This document shows positions 9,107 to 18,994 of a stretch of 64,000 nt of DNA, piece after piece; position 1 is the first letter of the stretch; each line of letters starts with the position of its first letter. The DNA lies in the IMG/VR virus record IMGVR_UViG_3300022752_000063, positions 1,939-65,938 of that record. One strand, given 5' to 3'. The notes below the pieces were generated by a model. That model saw only the letters and a list, made by a program, of their open reading frames with translations. It did no database searches and had not been told where the DNA came from. This stretch comes from a virus. Taxonomy: Duplodnaviria > Caudoviricetes. Both the position numbers and the translations under genes were made by a program.

Positions 9107-9240
9107 CTCCCGATTTGTTTCACCACCCAGAATACCGTTGCACAACACAAGGCAATCAAACTTATTCCTAACCCAACCATTAGGGCTAAGAACATGGCTT
9201 GAGCCAAAAACTCCCCTGCAATTATGAACAGTTTGGACAT
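9097..9240 (-). CDS. Small membrane protein
   Basis: MSKLFIIAGEFLAQAMFLALMVGLG..., preceded by a GGAG RBS. Confidence 0.55.
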   Translation of the reverse strand: MSKLFIIAGEFLAQAMFLALMVGLGISLIALCCATVFWVVKQIGRWL

Positions 9241-9536
9241 GTGTGGATCTCCCCGAATTCTCTGATTCCGCATTCCCGAGCGACCATCGCCTCTAGAATT
9301 GCACCCGCACTTCCAGACCATCCTGGCAGGAAATAGATGTAATCGGATTTCAATAACATCTGTAAATCGTGCTTTAAGTACATTGACCGAGGCAAGTCTT
9401 TTCTGCCGTCAAAGTTTTCCGCAGGGTTCATTACAATATGCCCTAATGCTCTGAGAACCTTTGCCTTTTCGTTGAAAGCCCCAAAGTTCATGTCTTTGTA
9501 CCCCGTCATTGGCCCCGACAAATAAACTGTTTTCAT
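9222..9536 (-). CDS. DUF4406 / nucleoside deoxyribosyltransferase-like protein
   Basis: VYLSGPMTG, NPAE and D.IYFLPGW..S.GA..E motifs. Confidence 0.85.
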   Translation of the reverse strand: MKTVYLSGPMTGYKDMNFGAFNEKAKVLRALGHIVMNPAENFDGRKDLPRSMYLKHDLQMLLKSDYIYFLPGWSGSAGAILEAMVARECGIREFGEIHTCPNCS

Positions 9537-9718
9537 CCGTTTTTTTCCTCCTTGAGTTCTTGGTCAGCACAAATTTTCAAAACCCTATCTATGTCTGCGC
9601 TATCTGACCCAAAAATAATCACTTCGGTTTGGTGTGTGTCTTTGTTCATTCCTGTAATGCGATATGCGAACCACCGTTTGGAAAGCCAAAGCCATATTTG
9701 ATAAAGAATAATATCCAT
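9533..9718 (-). CDS. Hypothetical protein
   Basis: Likely start MDIILYQ just after the hairpin. Confidence 0.55.
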   Translation of the reverse strand: MDIILYQIWLWLSKRWFAYRITGMNKDTHQTEVIIFGSDSADIDRVLKICADQELKEEKNG

Positions 9719-9756
9719 AAAAAATTGAGGGCACCGGGCTGTTACACCCGATGCCC
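9719..9756 (-). terminator. Intrinsic terminator-like hairpin after the SSB-like gene
   Basis: Minus strand GGGCATCGGG-tgtaacag-CCCGGTGCCC followed by tcaatttttt. Confidence 0.55.
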
Positions 9757-9766
9757 CCAATAAAGG

Positions 9767-10513
9767 TTATCCGAAGATTGCCTTCAACTGCTCACAAGCC
9801 TCGGGGGAGTGTTTCCCACCGATTTTGAGCTGGGGCACGAAGTACGAACCGGAGGGGCTCGTACGGATCTTGCTGGTCAGCTCGTAGTAGGCAGTATGCA
9901 ATCCGGCCTTGAGGAACAACTGACTGTCCGTGAAGACCTGCTTGCCAGCGGAACGGTAAGCGCTCTTGGCCATGAGCCATTGAGCCAAACCGTACTGCTT
10001 GTTGCCAACCGCGAAGGGGAACAACGGGTTGTCGTTGTCCGGAGCTTCGATTGCGATGATGGTCTGGAGGGCCTCGCTGTACCGATCGGTATCAGCCTCG
10101 GCTTCCGGATCGTTGGCCAACGCACCACCTGCCGCGCGAACGTCGGCAAGGCGGTTGAAGGTTTTGGCGATCTGGTCAGACCCGTACACCACATCCTGAA
10201 TGTAGATCTTCTGGATGCGGAGGAAGGTGATCTTCGCCGGCTTCTTGCCGTCACCAATCACGACCTCGCGGTTGTAAACGAATGATCCAGGCTGGAACGT
10301 GTTGGACAGTTCGCCTGTTTTGGCCACGAGGTTCAAGCGAGGGACGGTGAAGTCCTTCGACGAGAATTCTCCCTCAACTTGGCCAGCCAATGTGTTCACA
10401 GACAGCGAAGCCATGGGAGCTTCGATGATCGCGCTTTCTTCCTTGGTCTCTTCGATTGCTTCTGCGGGTTTGGTTGTTGCTTTTGTTTTGGTTGGAGCGA
10501 ATGATGTTTTCAT
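9767..10513 (-). CDS. Putative ssDNA-binding/annealing protein
   Basis: DF.VPRLNLV...PG motif; lies beside the exonuclease and helicase in the replication module. Confidence 0.55.
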   Translation of the reverse strand: MKTSFAPTKTKATTKPAEAIEETKEESAIIEAPMASLSVNTLAGQVEGEFSSKDFTVPRLNLVAKTGELSNTFQPGSFVYNREVVIGDGKKPAKITFLRIQKIYIQDVVYGSDQIAKTFNRLADVRAAGGALANDPEAEADTDRYSEALQTIIAIEAPDNDNPLFPFAVGNKQYGLAQWLMAKSAYRSAGKQVFTDSQLFLKAGLHTAYYELTSKIRTSPSGSYFVPQLKIGGKHSPEACEQLKAIFG

Positions 10514-10519
10514 ATTTGC

Positions 10520-11611
10520 TTAGTTTGTTTCTTTGGTTTTTGCCAAGTAGGTCACCTCTCCTCCGCCTTTCAATAGATTAGCTTCGTTGAGTTTGTCCTC
10601 CAAGGCTTGTTTTGCTTGTTGTTTTTGGCCACGAGGAAATGATTCCGCGTAGGCTTTTTCTAGCTTGCTCCACGAAATCGTGGCGCATGCAGAAAATTGT
10701 TCAGGCGTTAGCCTGTCTTTGATGATGTCGTACGTTTGCGTGGCGTCAACAATTTCTTTTTTGCCAGCCCGGGTTTTGAGTTCGTAACCTGGGATCTCAC
10801 CACCCGACATACGGAAGTCCATATTGGATTTCTTGACGCTCTCGCACCACCGTTCCATAACTCGCCGTATCGTCTCAGCTTGTGACCGTTGGTCAGGAGT
10901 CGCAAGCGTAAGTGGGTCAGCCAGTACCGGGAGCTCGGAGTCTCTAAGTTGATCGTACGCCCTGCTGATGACGAGGGCTCGGGAATGTAGTGCTTTGCAT
11001 GTTCCTTTGTTTCCACAGTAGAGACATCCTTTCTCCGTCGGGTTCAATTCCGGTTCCGGCTGTTGTGCCCGAGCGATGATTGTTTCTATGCGGAGTCTAA
11101 GCCTTTCGTAATCTTTGTCACGATAAAACGTATGGCGACTGATCATGTTGATGCGTGGTTGTGCGAAGACCACTTCGACTTCGTCAACGTCTTTCCATTT
11201 CTCAAACACGCCAACGGCGTATGCCCAACCTTGGATGTTTTCCTCAGCGTCGTCCACGGCATGCCATCCAAACTTGGCGTCACCGATCTTGGCTTTACCT
11301 CGCCCGATCAAAACAATGTCGGCGGTCCCAAATGTCTTGCCTTCGGCGATCTGCAATTGGATTTCTGGAAGCTCGGCAATCACGTGACCAAGTTCGTTCT
11401 TCATCTCTTGAAAAACATCGGCGACCATCAGCACATTCTTTTTCTGCCATTCGTCCAAACCTTCGTAATTCCCAGTCTCAAGAGCTTTGTGCATCATAGT
11501 TCCCTCTTGGGCGGCAATCGATCCTCCCTCGGATGGCTGTGGTTCGTTATCCCATCCTGGGCAAATCTCCCGCCATTTGAGTGAACTTGGTCCGTATTTG
11601 TGATGACTCAT
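10520..11611 (-). CDS. DUF2800 / Cas4-like PD-(D/E)XK exonuclease
   Basis: PSS..W..CPG, EGT..H, GTAD, D.KFG, Q...YA and C..C.....C motifs. Confidence 0.85.
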   Translation of the reverse strand: MSHHKYGPSSLKWREICPGWDNEPQPSEGGSIAAQEGTMMHKALETGNYEGLDEWQKKNVLMVADVFQEMKNELGHVIAELPEIQLQIAEGKTFGTADIVLIGRGKAKIGDAKFGWHAVDDAEENIQGWAYAVGVFEKWKDVDEVEVVFAQPRINMISRHTFYRDKDYERLRLRIETIIARAQQPEPELNPTEKGCLYCGNKGTCKALHSRALVISRAYDQLRDSELPVLADPLTLATPDQRSQAETIRRVMERWCESVKKSNMDFRMSGGEIPGYELKTRAGKKEIVDATQTYDIIKDRLTPEQFSACATISWSKLEKAYAESFPRGQKQQAKQALEDKLNEANLLKGGGEVTYLAKTKETN

Positions 11612-12882
11612 AGTATTGCTCCTAGTGTGTCCCCGTCTGAAATTGTTTCGATGTTGTGCAGTTTTCTTCGGAGGCTCCGAGCGACTTGTGTCTCAACGGT
11701 TCCGTTTGCAAAAAGCAAGTATTGCCGGCTGGGAGACAAAGCTCCTGCACGATGGATTCTTCCGAGAGCTTGCTTGGTGTCGATCGCGGAATAGGTTGGC
11801 GCGATAAGACTAATTCTTGGTACTCCTTGCAGGTCATGGAGCGACAATCCAACACCACCCGCTTGAATCATGCAAGCACATATTTTTACTTTGTTTGCTT
11901 GGAAGTCGGCGATATTCCGTACACGGTCATCATCCTTCTGATCGCCAATGATTTCCGCCGATTCCTGCGAGACAAGTTTTTGATATGCTTCGAGCGATTG
12001 TCTGAAGTTAAAGAACGCAACAACTGCGTTGCCTTCCGCAATCGCTTGTTCAGTAAGTTCGACAAAAACTGGAACACGCATCAACTCCGCTTGTTGCCTC
12101 GCCCTGAGTTTGATCGTGAGCGGGTTTTCGCTTTTCCTTTTGCCCGCAAGTTCCGCAAGTTCTTCCCGCATCGTTTCGTAGATTTTGTCGACATCGCCCA
12201 TGTCGTATGTGTCCGCGAACACGGAGTTGCTTGGGAAAGCGTCTCCGAGGTCAGCGATTCGGATGCGGTGTCCTTTCGCCGGAAAAATAGATTTATGAAT
12301 TTCTTGTAGCATTTTCTTTCCGCCCATGAAAGCCAGACCACGGCCCCATGGGGCAGGTCGACAACCCATTTTGTAATTCCACCTGTAGAAGTCGTGGTAG
12401 TCATGGAGTCCAAGCATGAAGCCTGTCGCTCGCATGTCCAGCGGATTCTCTGCGGCGGTGGCGGATAACATCAATGTCGTGTACTTTTTGGAGCTTGTAA
12501 GTATCTTGGCATTAACGCTTGTTGCTCCTTTGCAACGATGAACCTCGTCAAAAATTAAAAGTTTTGCCCCGCTGAAAGTCCACTCCCAACTCTTTGCCAC
12601 GTTCCACTTTCCCAGTTTTGTTTTGCCGGTTTTGAGTTTCTCATAATTTATAACGTCATGCGTTATACCCCCACGATCCAACCATTCTCTCCAAGCCGGG
12701 ATGACTGCTTTTGGGCAGACAACAATTACGTCGGCCTTCAACTGTTGGGCAATCCAGACTGCTTTAGCTGTCTTTCCCGTGCCAGTATCGCTGGCGTCCA
12801 GAGCTACATTATTTATCCGAAGACTTTGTAATAGCGCTTCCGCTCCCGGTTTCTGCCACTCGAACAAGGTGATGTCTGCCAT
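11608..12882 (-). CDS. Superfamily 2 helicase (SNF2/DEAD-like)
   Basis: TGTGKT, DEVH, SAT, AGGVGLSL and QALGRIHR motifs. Confidence 0.92.
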   Translation of the reverse strand: MADITLFEWQKPGAEALLQSLRINNVALDASDTGTGKTAKAVWIAQQLKADVIVVCPKAVIPAWREWLDRGGITHDVINYEKLKTGKTKLGKWNVAKSWEWTFSGAKLLIFDEVHRCKGATSVNAKILTSSKKYTTLMLSATAAENPLDMRATGFMLGLHDYHDFYRWNYKMGCRPAPWGRGLAFMGGKKMLQEIHKSIFPAKGHRIRIADLGDAFPSNSVFADTYDMGDVDKIYETMREELAELAGKRKSENPLTIKLRARQQAELMRVPVFVELTEQAIAEGNAVVAFFNFRQSLEAYQKLVSQESAEIIGDQKDDDRVRNIADFQANKVKICACMIQAGGVGLSLHDLQGVPRISLIAPTYSAIDTKQALGRIHRAGALSPSRQYLLFANGTVETQVARSLRRKLHNIETISDGDTLGAIL

Positions 12883-13309
12883 ACTCGAGGATCAATAGTG
12901 CATCCGCCGTGGACAATGTCACGCTTAAATTTGGAAATCTTCTTTGTGCTTCCGCTTTCAGTTTGTTCTTCCATTCGCTCTTGCTTGCCATTCCTTTGCT
13001 GTTCCCCAAGCTCAAAGCCTTTTGCCAAGCTTGTGGTCGCACCATTTCAATTCTGTAACCGAGGGTCATCGCCACACCCAATATAAAACCAAAGCCACGA
13101 CCAAAGTTAAACATCGCCGAGCCCGGGCTCCCTGCTCCACCCACGTAGCCACCGACCTGCTCGATCACAATAACGTCGTGATAAGTCCGAAGATTCTTGA
13201 GTTTAGCCAACACGTCCCCTTCAGTCTCAGGCATCTTGATCGCGTCGACCATGCCGTTAATAGTTACGGAAGCGATACCTCCGCTGGCCCCGGGATCAAT
13301 AGCTACCAT
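12809..13309 (-). CDS. RuvC-like Holliday junction resolvase
   Basis: AIDPG..GGIA, IEQV, S.FNFG..FG, P..WQK and ADALLI motifs. Confidence 0.85.
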   Translation of the reverse strand: MVAIDPGASGGIASVTINGMVDAIKMPETEGDVLAKLKNLRTYHDVIVIEQVGGYVGGAGSPGSAMFNFGRGFGFILGVAMTLGYRIEMVRPQAWQKALSLGNSKGMASKSEWKNKLKAEAQRRFPNLSVTLSTADALLILEYGRHHLVRVAETGSGSAITKSSDK

Positions 13310-13367
13310 TCAAATCATCTCTTATAAAAAGAGTGGATTGCCAAGGGGATTCTGTTACCATCAGGTG

Positions 13368-15065
13368 ATGTCCCAAATCGAAAAGTATGGCCGAATGTGG
13401 CCCGAAGGGGCTACAGCACTCACGATTGAATTATTGGCTTTTCGGGAAGGTTTGACTTCCGAGACGGGAGGTTTGGGGAAAGAGCAACATTTTTGGAACA
13501 TTGTTGAAATGCTTTGGCCGTATCACCCAAAGAAAAACCCCACCGGCTTTCAACGCAATCCGTGGGCAGATGACCAGATTGTTGAGCTATGTAAATGGAA
13601 TTACCTCGGCATCTCAGGTCCGAAGTCTTCTGCCAAGACAGAGGTAGTTGGGTTGTGGGGATTGGTGAACTGGTACTCCGCCCCGTTTGATACGTTGGTC
13701 TTGGTAACCACCACTTCAGTTCGAGAAGCCCGTAAGCGTATGTGGGGTCGAGTCCGAGAGCGTCACATGCAAGCCAAGATCATGCCTGGAAAGTTGGTTG
13801 ATTCGATGGGCAAGCTCGTATTGGAGGAAGGCAGTAGCGATCGATCCAGTATCACGCTTGTCCCCTCGGCCAAAGACAAGGAAAAGGAAGCATCCGAAAA
13901 GCTCCTAGGGTTAAAGAACAAACGGGTGTTCCTATTGATTGACGAGGCCACGGACGTATCGCCAGCTATCTTTGAAGCTACCGCTAATCTTTCCGCCAAC
14001 CCATTCTTCCAATGCGTGGCATGCGGAAACTTTAATTCTGCCTACGATCCGTTTGGTCAGTTCGTGACGCCCAAGGATGGGTGGCAATCGATTACCGTGG
14101 ATGAAGGTGGTTGGGAAACCAAAGACGGATTCTGCTTGCATTTGGACGGAGAAAAAACTCCGAACATCGATCACGATGACAAATGGCCGTTCTTGCTTAC
14201 AACCAAAAAACTGGACGAAGATAGAAAACGACTTGGTGAGAATTCGTTGTCTTATTGGAGATTTATTCGGTCCTTCCCTGCCCCCGCTGGTTCTGAGGAA
14301 AATATCTATAGCGAGGCTGACCTTCGAAAGTTTGAAGCTCACAAACCGGCTATGTGGGTGGGCGCTAAACAACCTATTGCTGTGGCTGGGTTTGATCCTG
14401 GGTTTACCAGTGGTGGGGATAGGTCGGTTTTATTCTTAGGAAAGTACGGAGAGACTGATGCTGGGATGACGATTCATTTTGATAAATATGTGGAATTGCA
14501 GGAAAACTCTTCTTTAAAGGATAGCCCCAGGAATTACCAGATTGCTCAGTTGTTAAAGCAACAGTGCGAAAAGTACGGAGTTTTGCCTAAGTACTTAGCG
14601 ATTGACGCTACTGGAGCCGGAGATCCCCTATGTGATATTATAGCCACCGTTTGGAGTCCATCCATTCTAAGGGTTAAGTTTTCGGAGAGACCGAGCAATC
14701 TCCCTGTGAGTAAAACCTCAAGAATTAGAGCAGATGAATCTTACGGGAACCGAGTTTCCGAGCTTTGGTATGTGGGAAGGGAGTTTTTAAGGGCTGGACA
14801 AGTACGTGGTATGACTGTGGATTTGGCTAGAGAGCTTGTGGCTAGGCAGTATAGGACAGCGGAGCGCGGTAAAATTTATGTTGAGTCCAAGAAAGATATG
14901 AAAGCTAGGTTTGGACGTTCCCCAGACATAGCAGATGCGGCTTTTCTGATGTTGGACGTATGCCGTCAAAGGGCCAATGCCGTGGCTGGGACAACTGTTG
15001 CTGGGGGCGGGAAATACAAAGATTTTCTGACTTTTGCCAAAAATGCCAGTTCTTTATATTCTTGA
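13368..15065 (+). CDS. terL: Terminase large subunit
   Basis: Walker A-like GPKSSAKT; Walker B LLIDEAT; GNF coupling motif; nuclease motifs GFDPG...D and SPDIADA. Start taken at MSQIEK. Confidence 0.9.
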   Translation: MSQIEKYGRMWPEGATALTIELLAFREGLTSETGGLGKEQHFWNIVEMLWPYHPKKNPTGFQRNPWADDQIVELCKWNYLGISGPKSSAKTEVVGLWGLVNWYSAPFDTLVLVTTTSVREARKRMWGRVRERHMQAKIMPGKLVDSMGKLVLEEGSSDRSSITLVPSAKDKEKEASEKLLGLKNKRVFLLIDEATDVSPAIFEATANLSANPFFQCVACGNFNSAYDPFGQFVTPKDGWQSITVDEGGWETKDGFCLHLDGEKTPNIDHDDKWPFLLTTKKLDEDRKRLGENSLSYWRFIRSFPAPAGSEENIYSEADLRKFEAHKPAMWVGAKQPIAVAGFDPGFTSGGDRSVLFLGKYGETDAGMTIHFDKYVELQENSSLKDSPRNYQIAQLLKQQCEKYGVLPKYLAIDATGAGDPLCDIIATVWSPSILRVKFSERPSNLPVSKTSRIRADESYGNRVSELWYVGREFLRAGQVRGMTVDLARELVARQYRTAERGKIYVESKKDMKARFGRSPDIADAAFLMLDVCRQRANAVAGTTVAGGGKYKDFLTFAKNASSLYS

Positions 15066-15090
15066 CCGTTCTCATCTAATTGAGTATCTA
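15062..15090 (+). promoter_or_regulatory. Promoter-like element before the portal gene
   Basis: TTGACC-N17-TATCTA, then AGGAG and GTG. Confidence 0.55.
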
Positions 15091-15100
15091 GGAGTTCAAC

Positions 15101-17377
15101 GTGGACCAAAATCTCGAAACGATTTCTCAATCTGGGAAAGCACCCAAATCAAGGCTTAAAGATGCAAAAGCAGCTTATGGAATTTATCGTCACCTTCTTG
15201 ACGCGGACCTTATTGCGTCCTCGCAACGTGTCAAAGTACAAGCGATGCTCGACGGTGAAGCTCCGTACAATGCCGAAACACTCAGGAATCTCGGCCAGTC
15301 TTATCGTTCGAATTTAAATTTTCTCGAAGCTCAAGCTGACTTGGAGTATGCGCTTTCAGCATACTCCGATCTGGTTAATGGTGTTCCTCAACTTGCCCAA
15401 GTTAAAACGGCATACGGAGATGAAAACGAAAGAGGTAACTACAACCAAATCATTAGCGAAGAGTTTGATCGGGTTTTACGTAAAGACTGGGATGAATTCT
15501 TTTATAATCAACAAAGGCTCTCGCATGAATTTGTGGCCTACGGCGTAGGCTTTGCTTTCTTTGAAGATGATACCGATTGGCGTTGGAAAGTTGCGGGTTT
15601 AAAGGATTTCTTTGTTCCTCGTGGGGTAGCCGCTTCCGATACCCGTCTTGAGTTTTGTTGTGCTCGGCGTTCCTATTATGCCCATGAACTCTATCAGTAC
15701 ATAAAAGATCCTAAGGTTGCCCGCGAAGTTGGGTGGGATGTGGAAGAAACCCGTCGTGCAATTATTAACGCTGTGCCGGTGGATACCGCCGGGGTCCGTT
15801 TGGATTGGGAAGAGATCCAGACTATGTTGAAGGATAATGACCTTTCTCTGTCATACGCTCGTTCCGCTGAAATTCAGGCAGTTCATTATTACATCCGTGA
15901 GTTTGACGGAAAAATCACACACGCCATTGGGTTGCGTGACGGTTCAAATTTGAATTTCCTTTTCCGCAAAAACAGCCGTTTCGAGAACATTAACCAAGCG
16001 TTAATCTTGTTTACCTATGGGATTGGGACAAACGGAACGCTTCATTCGATTCGGGGATTGGGATATAAGATTTATCCGCACGTTCAGGTAACTAATCGGT
16101 TACGTAACGCTATCATTGATTCGACTTTGCTCTCAACTTCGTTGATGATTCAACCCCAGACAATGGATGATTTGGCGAATCTTACTGTTGCTTACAACGG
16201 ACCGATGGCGATCATCCCCCCAAATCTTAACATCGTTGACCGTACAGAACCCAATCTTTCCAGTAATGCCCTTCCGATTGCCCAAGAATTGACTCAAGTC
16301 CGTCGGAATAATACTGGTAGTTATGCTTCTCAGGCAATTAGTTCCGCCGCCAATCAAGAACGGACGGCCACCGAAGTTAGCGCTCAGTTGGAGAAAGAGG
16401 CTGTTCTTTCTACGCAAGCACAGAATTTTTATTATGTTCCTTGGGGCAAGTTGCTAAGAGAACAATTCCGTCGCCTTTCTAGGACGAATTGGAAAGAGGG
16501 CGAACAAGGGAGCGAAATTGCCCTTTTGTTCCACAAACGCTTGAGGGAGAGAGGAGTTCCTCCAGAAGCTCTTAAAGGTGTATACGATGTCAGTCCGCAA
16601 AAAGCGGTTGGGTACGGTAGTGCTCAAGCCCGTTTGTTGGCATACAACGAATTTATGCAGATGTTGCCAATGCTGGACGAAACTGGTCGTGCAAATGTTA
16701 TTAGGGATCGGGTTGCTGTTCGTGTGGGATATGATCAGGTTGATCGTTATGCTCCGGCCAAAACTGTAGCCCCCCGTCTCCCAATTGATGCCAAGATTGC
16801 AGAGTTGGAAAACGATTCTATGCAAAGCGGCCGTAGCGTCACGGTTCAACCCAACGAAAACCACGCTGTCCATTTGCAAGTCCACGCTATGGATGCCGCT
16901 CGATTTTTACAGGCTATCGAACAGAATGCCGTCCCGCAAGTTGAAGCCTTCAAATATCTTTCTTTACAGACTCCGCACATGTCACAACACATGCAAGCGA
17001 TTAAGGGAGACCGTAGTCGTGAGGCTTCTTATGGTCAACTTAAGGATATTCTCAATCGCATGAATCAGGCGGTTCAATCCCTCGGCAATCAACTCGCCAA
17101 GGCTCAGCGGGAGCAACAGCAAGCAATAATGCAAGCGCAACAGCAACAGGTCGAGCAAGCGTTGAAGATGCAGATTGATGACGTGAAGGCAAAGGCTCAG
17201 GCTGAGTACGCTGCTAAATTAGCTAAAGTACAAGCAGATGCCGCAATCCAACAAGAATCCTCTAGGACTAGGTTGCGGTTGAAAGAGGAAGAAGCAAAAC
17301 AACGTATGGCTCTTAGGGATGCCCAAACTGCCCAGAAACTTAGGGCAATGGCCGAAAAGAAAAAGCTTGCAAAATAA
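15101..17377 (+). CDS. Portal protein
   Basis: 758 aa directly after terL; RTATEV motif; Q-rich coiled-coil C-terminus typical of podoviral portals. Confidence 0.85.
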   Translation: MDQNLETISQSGKAPKSRLKDAKAAYGIYRHLLDADLIASSQRVKVQAMLDGEAPYNAETLRNLGQSYRSNLNFLEAQADLEYALSAYSDLVNGVPQLAQVKTAYGDENERGNYNQIISEEFDRVLRKDWDEFFYNQQRLSHEFVAYGVGFAFFEDDTDWRWKVAGLKDFFVPRGVAASDTRLEFCCARRSYYAHELYQYIKDPKVAREVGWDVEETRRAIINAVPVDTAGVRLDWEEIQTMLKDNDLSLSYARSAEIQAVHYYIREFDGKITHAIGLRDGSNLNFLFRKNSRFENINQALILFTYGIGTNGTLHSIRGLGYKIYPHVQVTNRLRNAIIDSTLLSTSLMIQPQTMDDLANLTVAYNGPMAIIPPNLNIVDRTEPNLSSNALPIAQELTQVRRNNTGSYASQAISSAANQERTATEVSAQLEKEAVLSTQAQNFYYVPWGKLLREQFRRLSRTNWKEGEQGSEIALLFHKRLRERGVPPEALKGVYDVSPQKAVGYGSAQARLLAYNEFMQMLPMLDETGRANVIRDRVAVRVGYDQVDRYAPAKTVAPRLPIDAKIAELENDSMQSGRSVTVQPNENHAVHLQVHAMDAARFLQAIEQNAVPQVEAFKYLSLQTPHMSQHMQAIKGDRSREASYGQLKDILNRMNQAVQSLGNQLAKAQREQQQAIMQAQQQQVEQALKMQIDDVKAKAQAEYAAKLAKVQADAAIQQESSRTRLRLKEEEAKQRMALRDAQTAQKLRAMAEKKKLAK

Positions 17378-17401
17378 TCTGGTTCGGCGATACACGTATC
17401 A

Positions 17402-17683
17402 ATGACATTCCAAGAATGGAGTAAGCGGGACGATTACGTAGAGCTTTGGAAAAAAACCTGGAACGAGCCCCACATGCGGGCTGGCCTCACAGCTTTGATT
17501 CATCTTGGATTACCCCAACTAAACACCATCGCTCCCGCCAATGGTGAGGCTATTCAGCTTCGAGCAATCGCTCATTCTCGCAACGAAGGATGGTTTGCCG
17601 CTTTAAAAGCTATTGATCTTCTCAAGACTCCCAAGACTGAGCCGCAGGAGCTGCCAGCACCTTGGGAAGACGTAAACCAATAA
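17402..17683 (+). CDS. Hypothetical head-module protein
   Basis: 93-aa ORF between the portal and scaffold genes. Confidence 0.75.
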   Translation: MTFQEWSKRDDYVELWKKTWNEPHMRAGLTALIHLGLPQLNTIAPANGEAIQLRAIAHSRNEGWFAALKAIDLLKTPKTEPQELPAPWEDVNQ

Positions 17684-17701
17684 ACAATAAAGATACAAAC
17701 T

Positions 17702-18994
17702 ATGGCAACAAACTCTGATATCGGATCACTCGGCGAAGCGCTCAATGCGGCTCTTGGGGATGGCGAAGCTCCTTTGGCTTCCGCTACTCCTCTTTCTCAG
17801 AACCCCGTGATTGAACAACCGGCTACTCCAGCACCTGCGCCAGTTGCCAATACAGCAGTCACAGCTCCTGCCGAGACCCCGGTTCCTGCTACTGAGGCTC
17901 CCGTCAAAGAAGAGAAGGCTCCTGAAGCTGATTTGTCCAAGACGCCGGAGATCAAAACTCCCAGCAAGCTTATTGACTCGATGCTGACCCCTGAGGCTGA
18001 AAAGACCAAAGAAGCCCCCAAGGTTACTGGCGAACTTGCCGAAGACGAAAAACTTCCAGGCAAGGCTACTGTTTCCGCCAACTCCGCTTTTGCCGCTAAA
18101 GCTCGTGCGCTCAAAGCTGCAGAACAAGAATTGGCTACTCTTAAACAAGAGCTTGAGAAGTCTCGTAAAGCTGGAAACGCTGAAGCTTCTTCTGAAGTTC
18201 AAAGTATTAAGTCCGAGCTGGAAGAAGCTCGCAAATTGGTTTCTGATTACGAGAGTCAGCTTTCCATCGTTCGCCTTGAATCGACCCGAGAGTTCAAGCG
18301 TGTGGTTGGTGAACCCTTGGCCAAAGCTGAAAAGAATCTGGCCGACACCCTTGCCGGTTACGAAGGGTTGAACGCCAAAGACGTTATGAAAGTTTTGGAG
18401 ATTAAAGACCCCGCCCAGCGAAAGGCTGAATTTAAGGATCTTATGTCTGGCGTGGATGCGATGGATGCCTGGGCGGTTAAAACGAAGCTCGACGAGATCG
18501 AACAGCTTCGCAACAAGAAAGACGAAATGCTCAAGGAATCTCAGACTGTTCTCCAAAAGATGGAGCAGGAGGAGACTGCGTTTGAACAGGAACAGCGTCT
18601 TAAGTTTGAGCGTGAGGCTGATGTTGCGTTTGAGAATACGTGGAATCAGTTTGAAGATTCTTTTCCGATTCTCAAGCGTGGCCAGACCCCCGAATGGGAC
18701 AATACCATCAAGGCTCTCCGCGACCAAGCCGTGTATCTGGATAAGCAACCCTTGGATCACCAGCAGAGGGCTACTTTGACATATCAGGCTGTTTTGTTCC
18801 CACTTGCCGTACAGGTTGTCCGAGACCTTACCGAAAAAAGCAACACTATGATTGCGGACTTAAAACAACAACTGAAGAAATATCAGGCGGCGACTCCGGG
18901 AGCTGGGGCTAGCGAAACTAATTCCGCTTCGGAGGCTTCGTTGCCCTCGAATGTAGGGTTCTTGGAAGCCCTAGAAAAATCGATTGGGCGCTAA
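17702..18994 (+). CDS. Capsid scaffolding protein (putative)
   Basis: P/A/E-rich disordered N-terminus, long acidic coiled coil, position between portal and capsid genes. Confidence 0.7.
   Translation: MATNSDIGSLGEALNAALGDGEAPLASATPLSQNPVIEQPATPAPAPVANTAVTAPAETPVPATEAPVKEEKAPEADLSKTPEIKTPSKLIDSMLTPEAEKTKEAPKVTGELAEDEKLPGKATVSANSAFAAKARALKAAEQELATLKQELEKSRKAGNAEASSEVQSIKSELEEARKLVSDYESQLSIVRLESTREFKRVVGEPLAKAEKNLADTLAGYEGLNAKDVMKVLEIKDPAQRKAEFKDLMSGVDAMDAWAVKTKLDEIEQLRNKKDEMLKESQTVLQKMEQEETAFEQEQRLKFEREADVAFENTWNQFEDSFPILKRGQTPEWDNTIKALRDQAVYLDKQPLDHQQRATLTYQAVLFPLAVQVVRDLTEKSNTMIADLKQQLKKYQAATPGAGASETNSASEASLPSNVGFLEALEKSIGR

Noticed and set aside
10520-11611. Cas4-like nuclease as a sign of CRISPR-Cas
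   Set aside because: No repeat-spacer array or other cas genes; normal replication-module context.
13197-13367. N-terminal extension of the terminase in the ORF track
   Set aside because: Overlaps the resolvase on the other strand; the ATG at 13368 follows a promoter-like element.
17726-18760. 344-aa minus-strand ORF antisense to the scaffold gene
   Set aside because: F/L/S-rich mirror of an E/K-rich sense gene.
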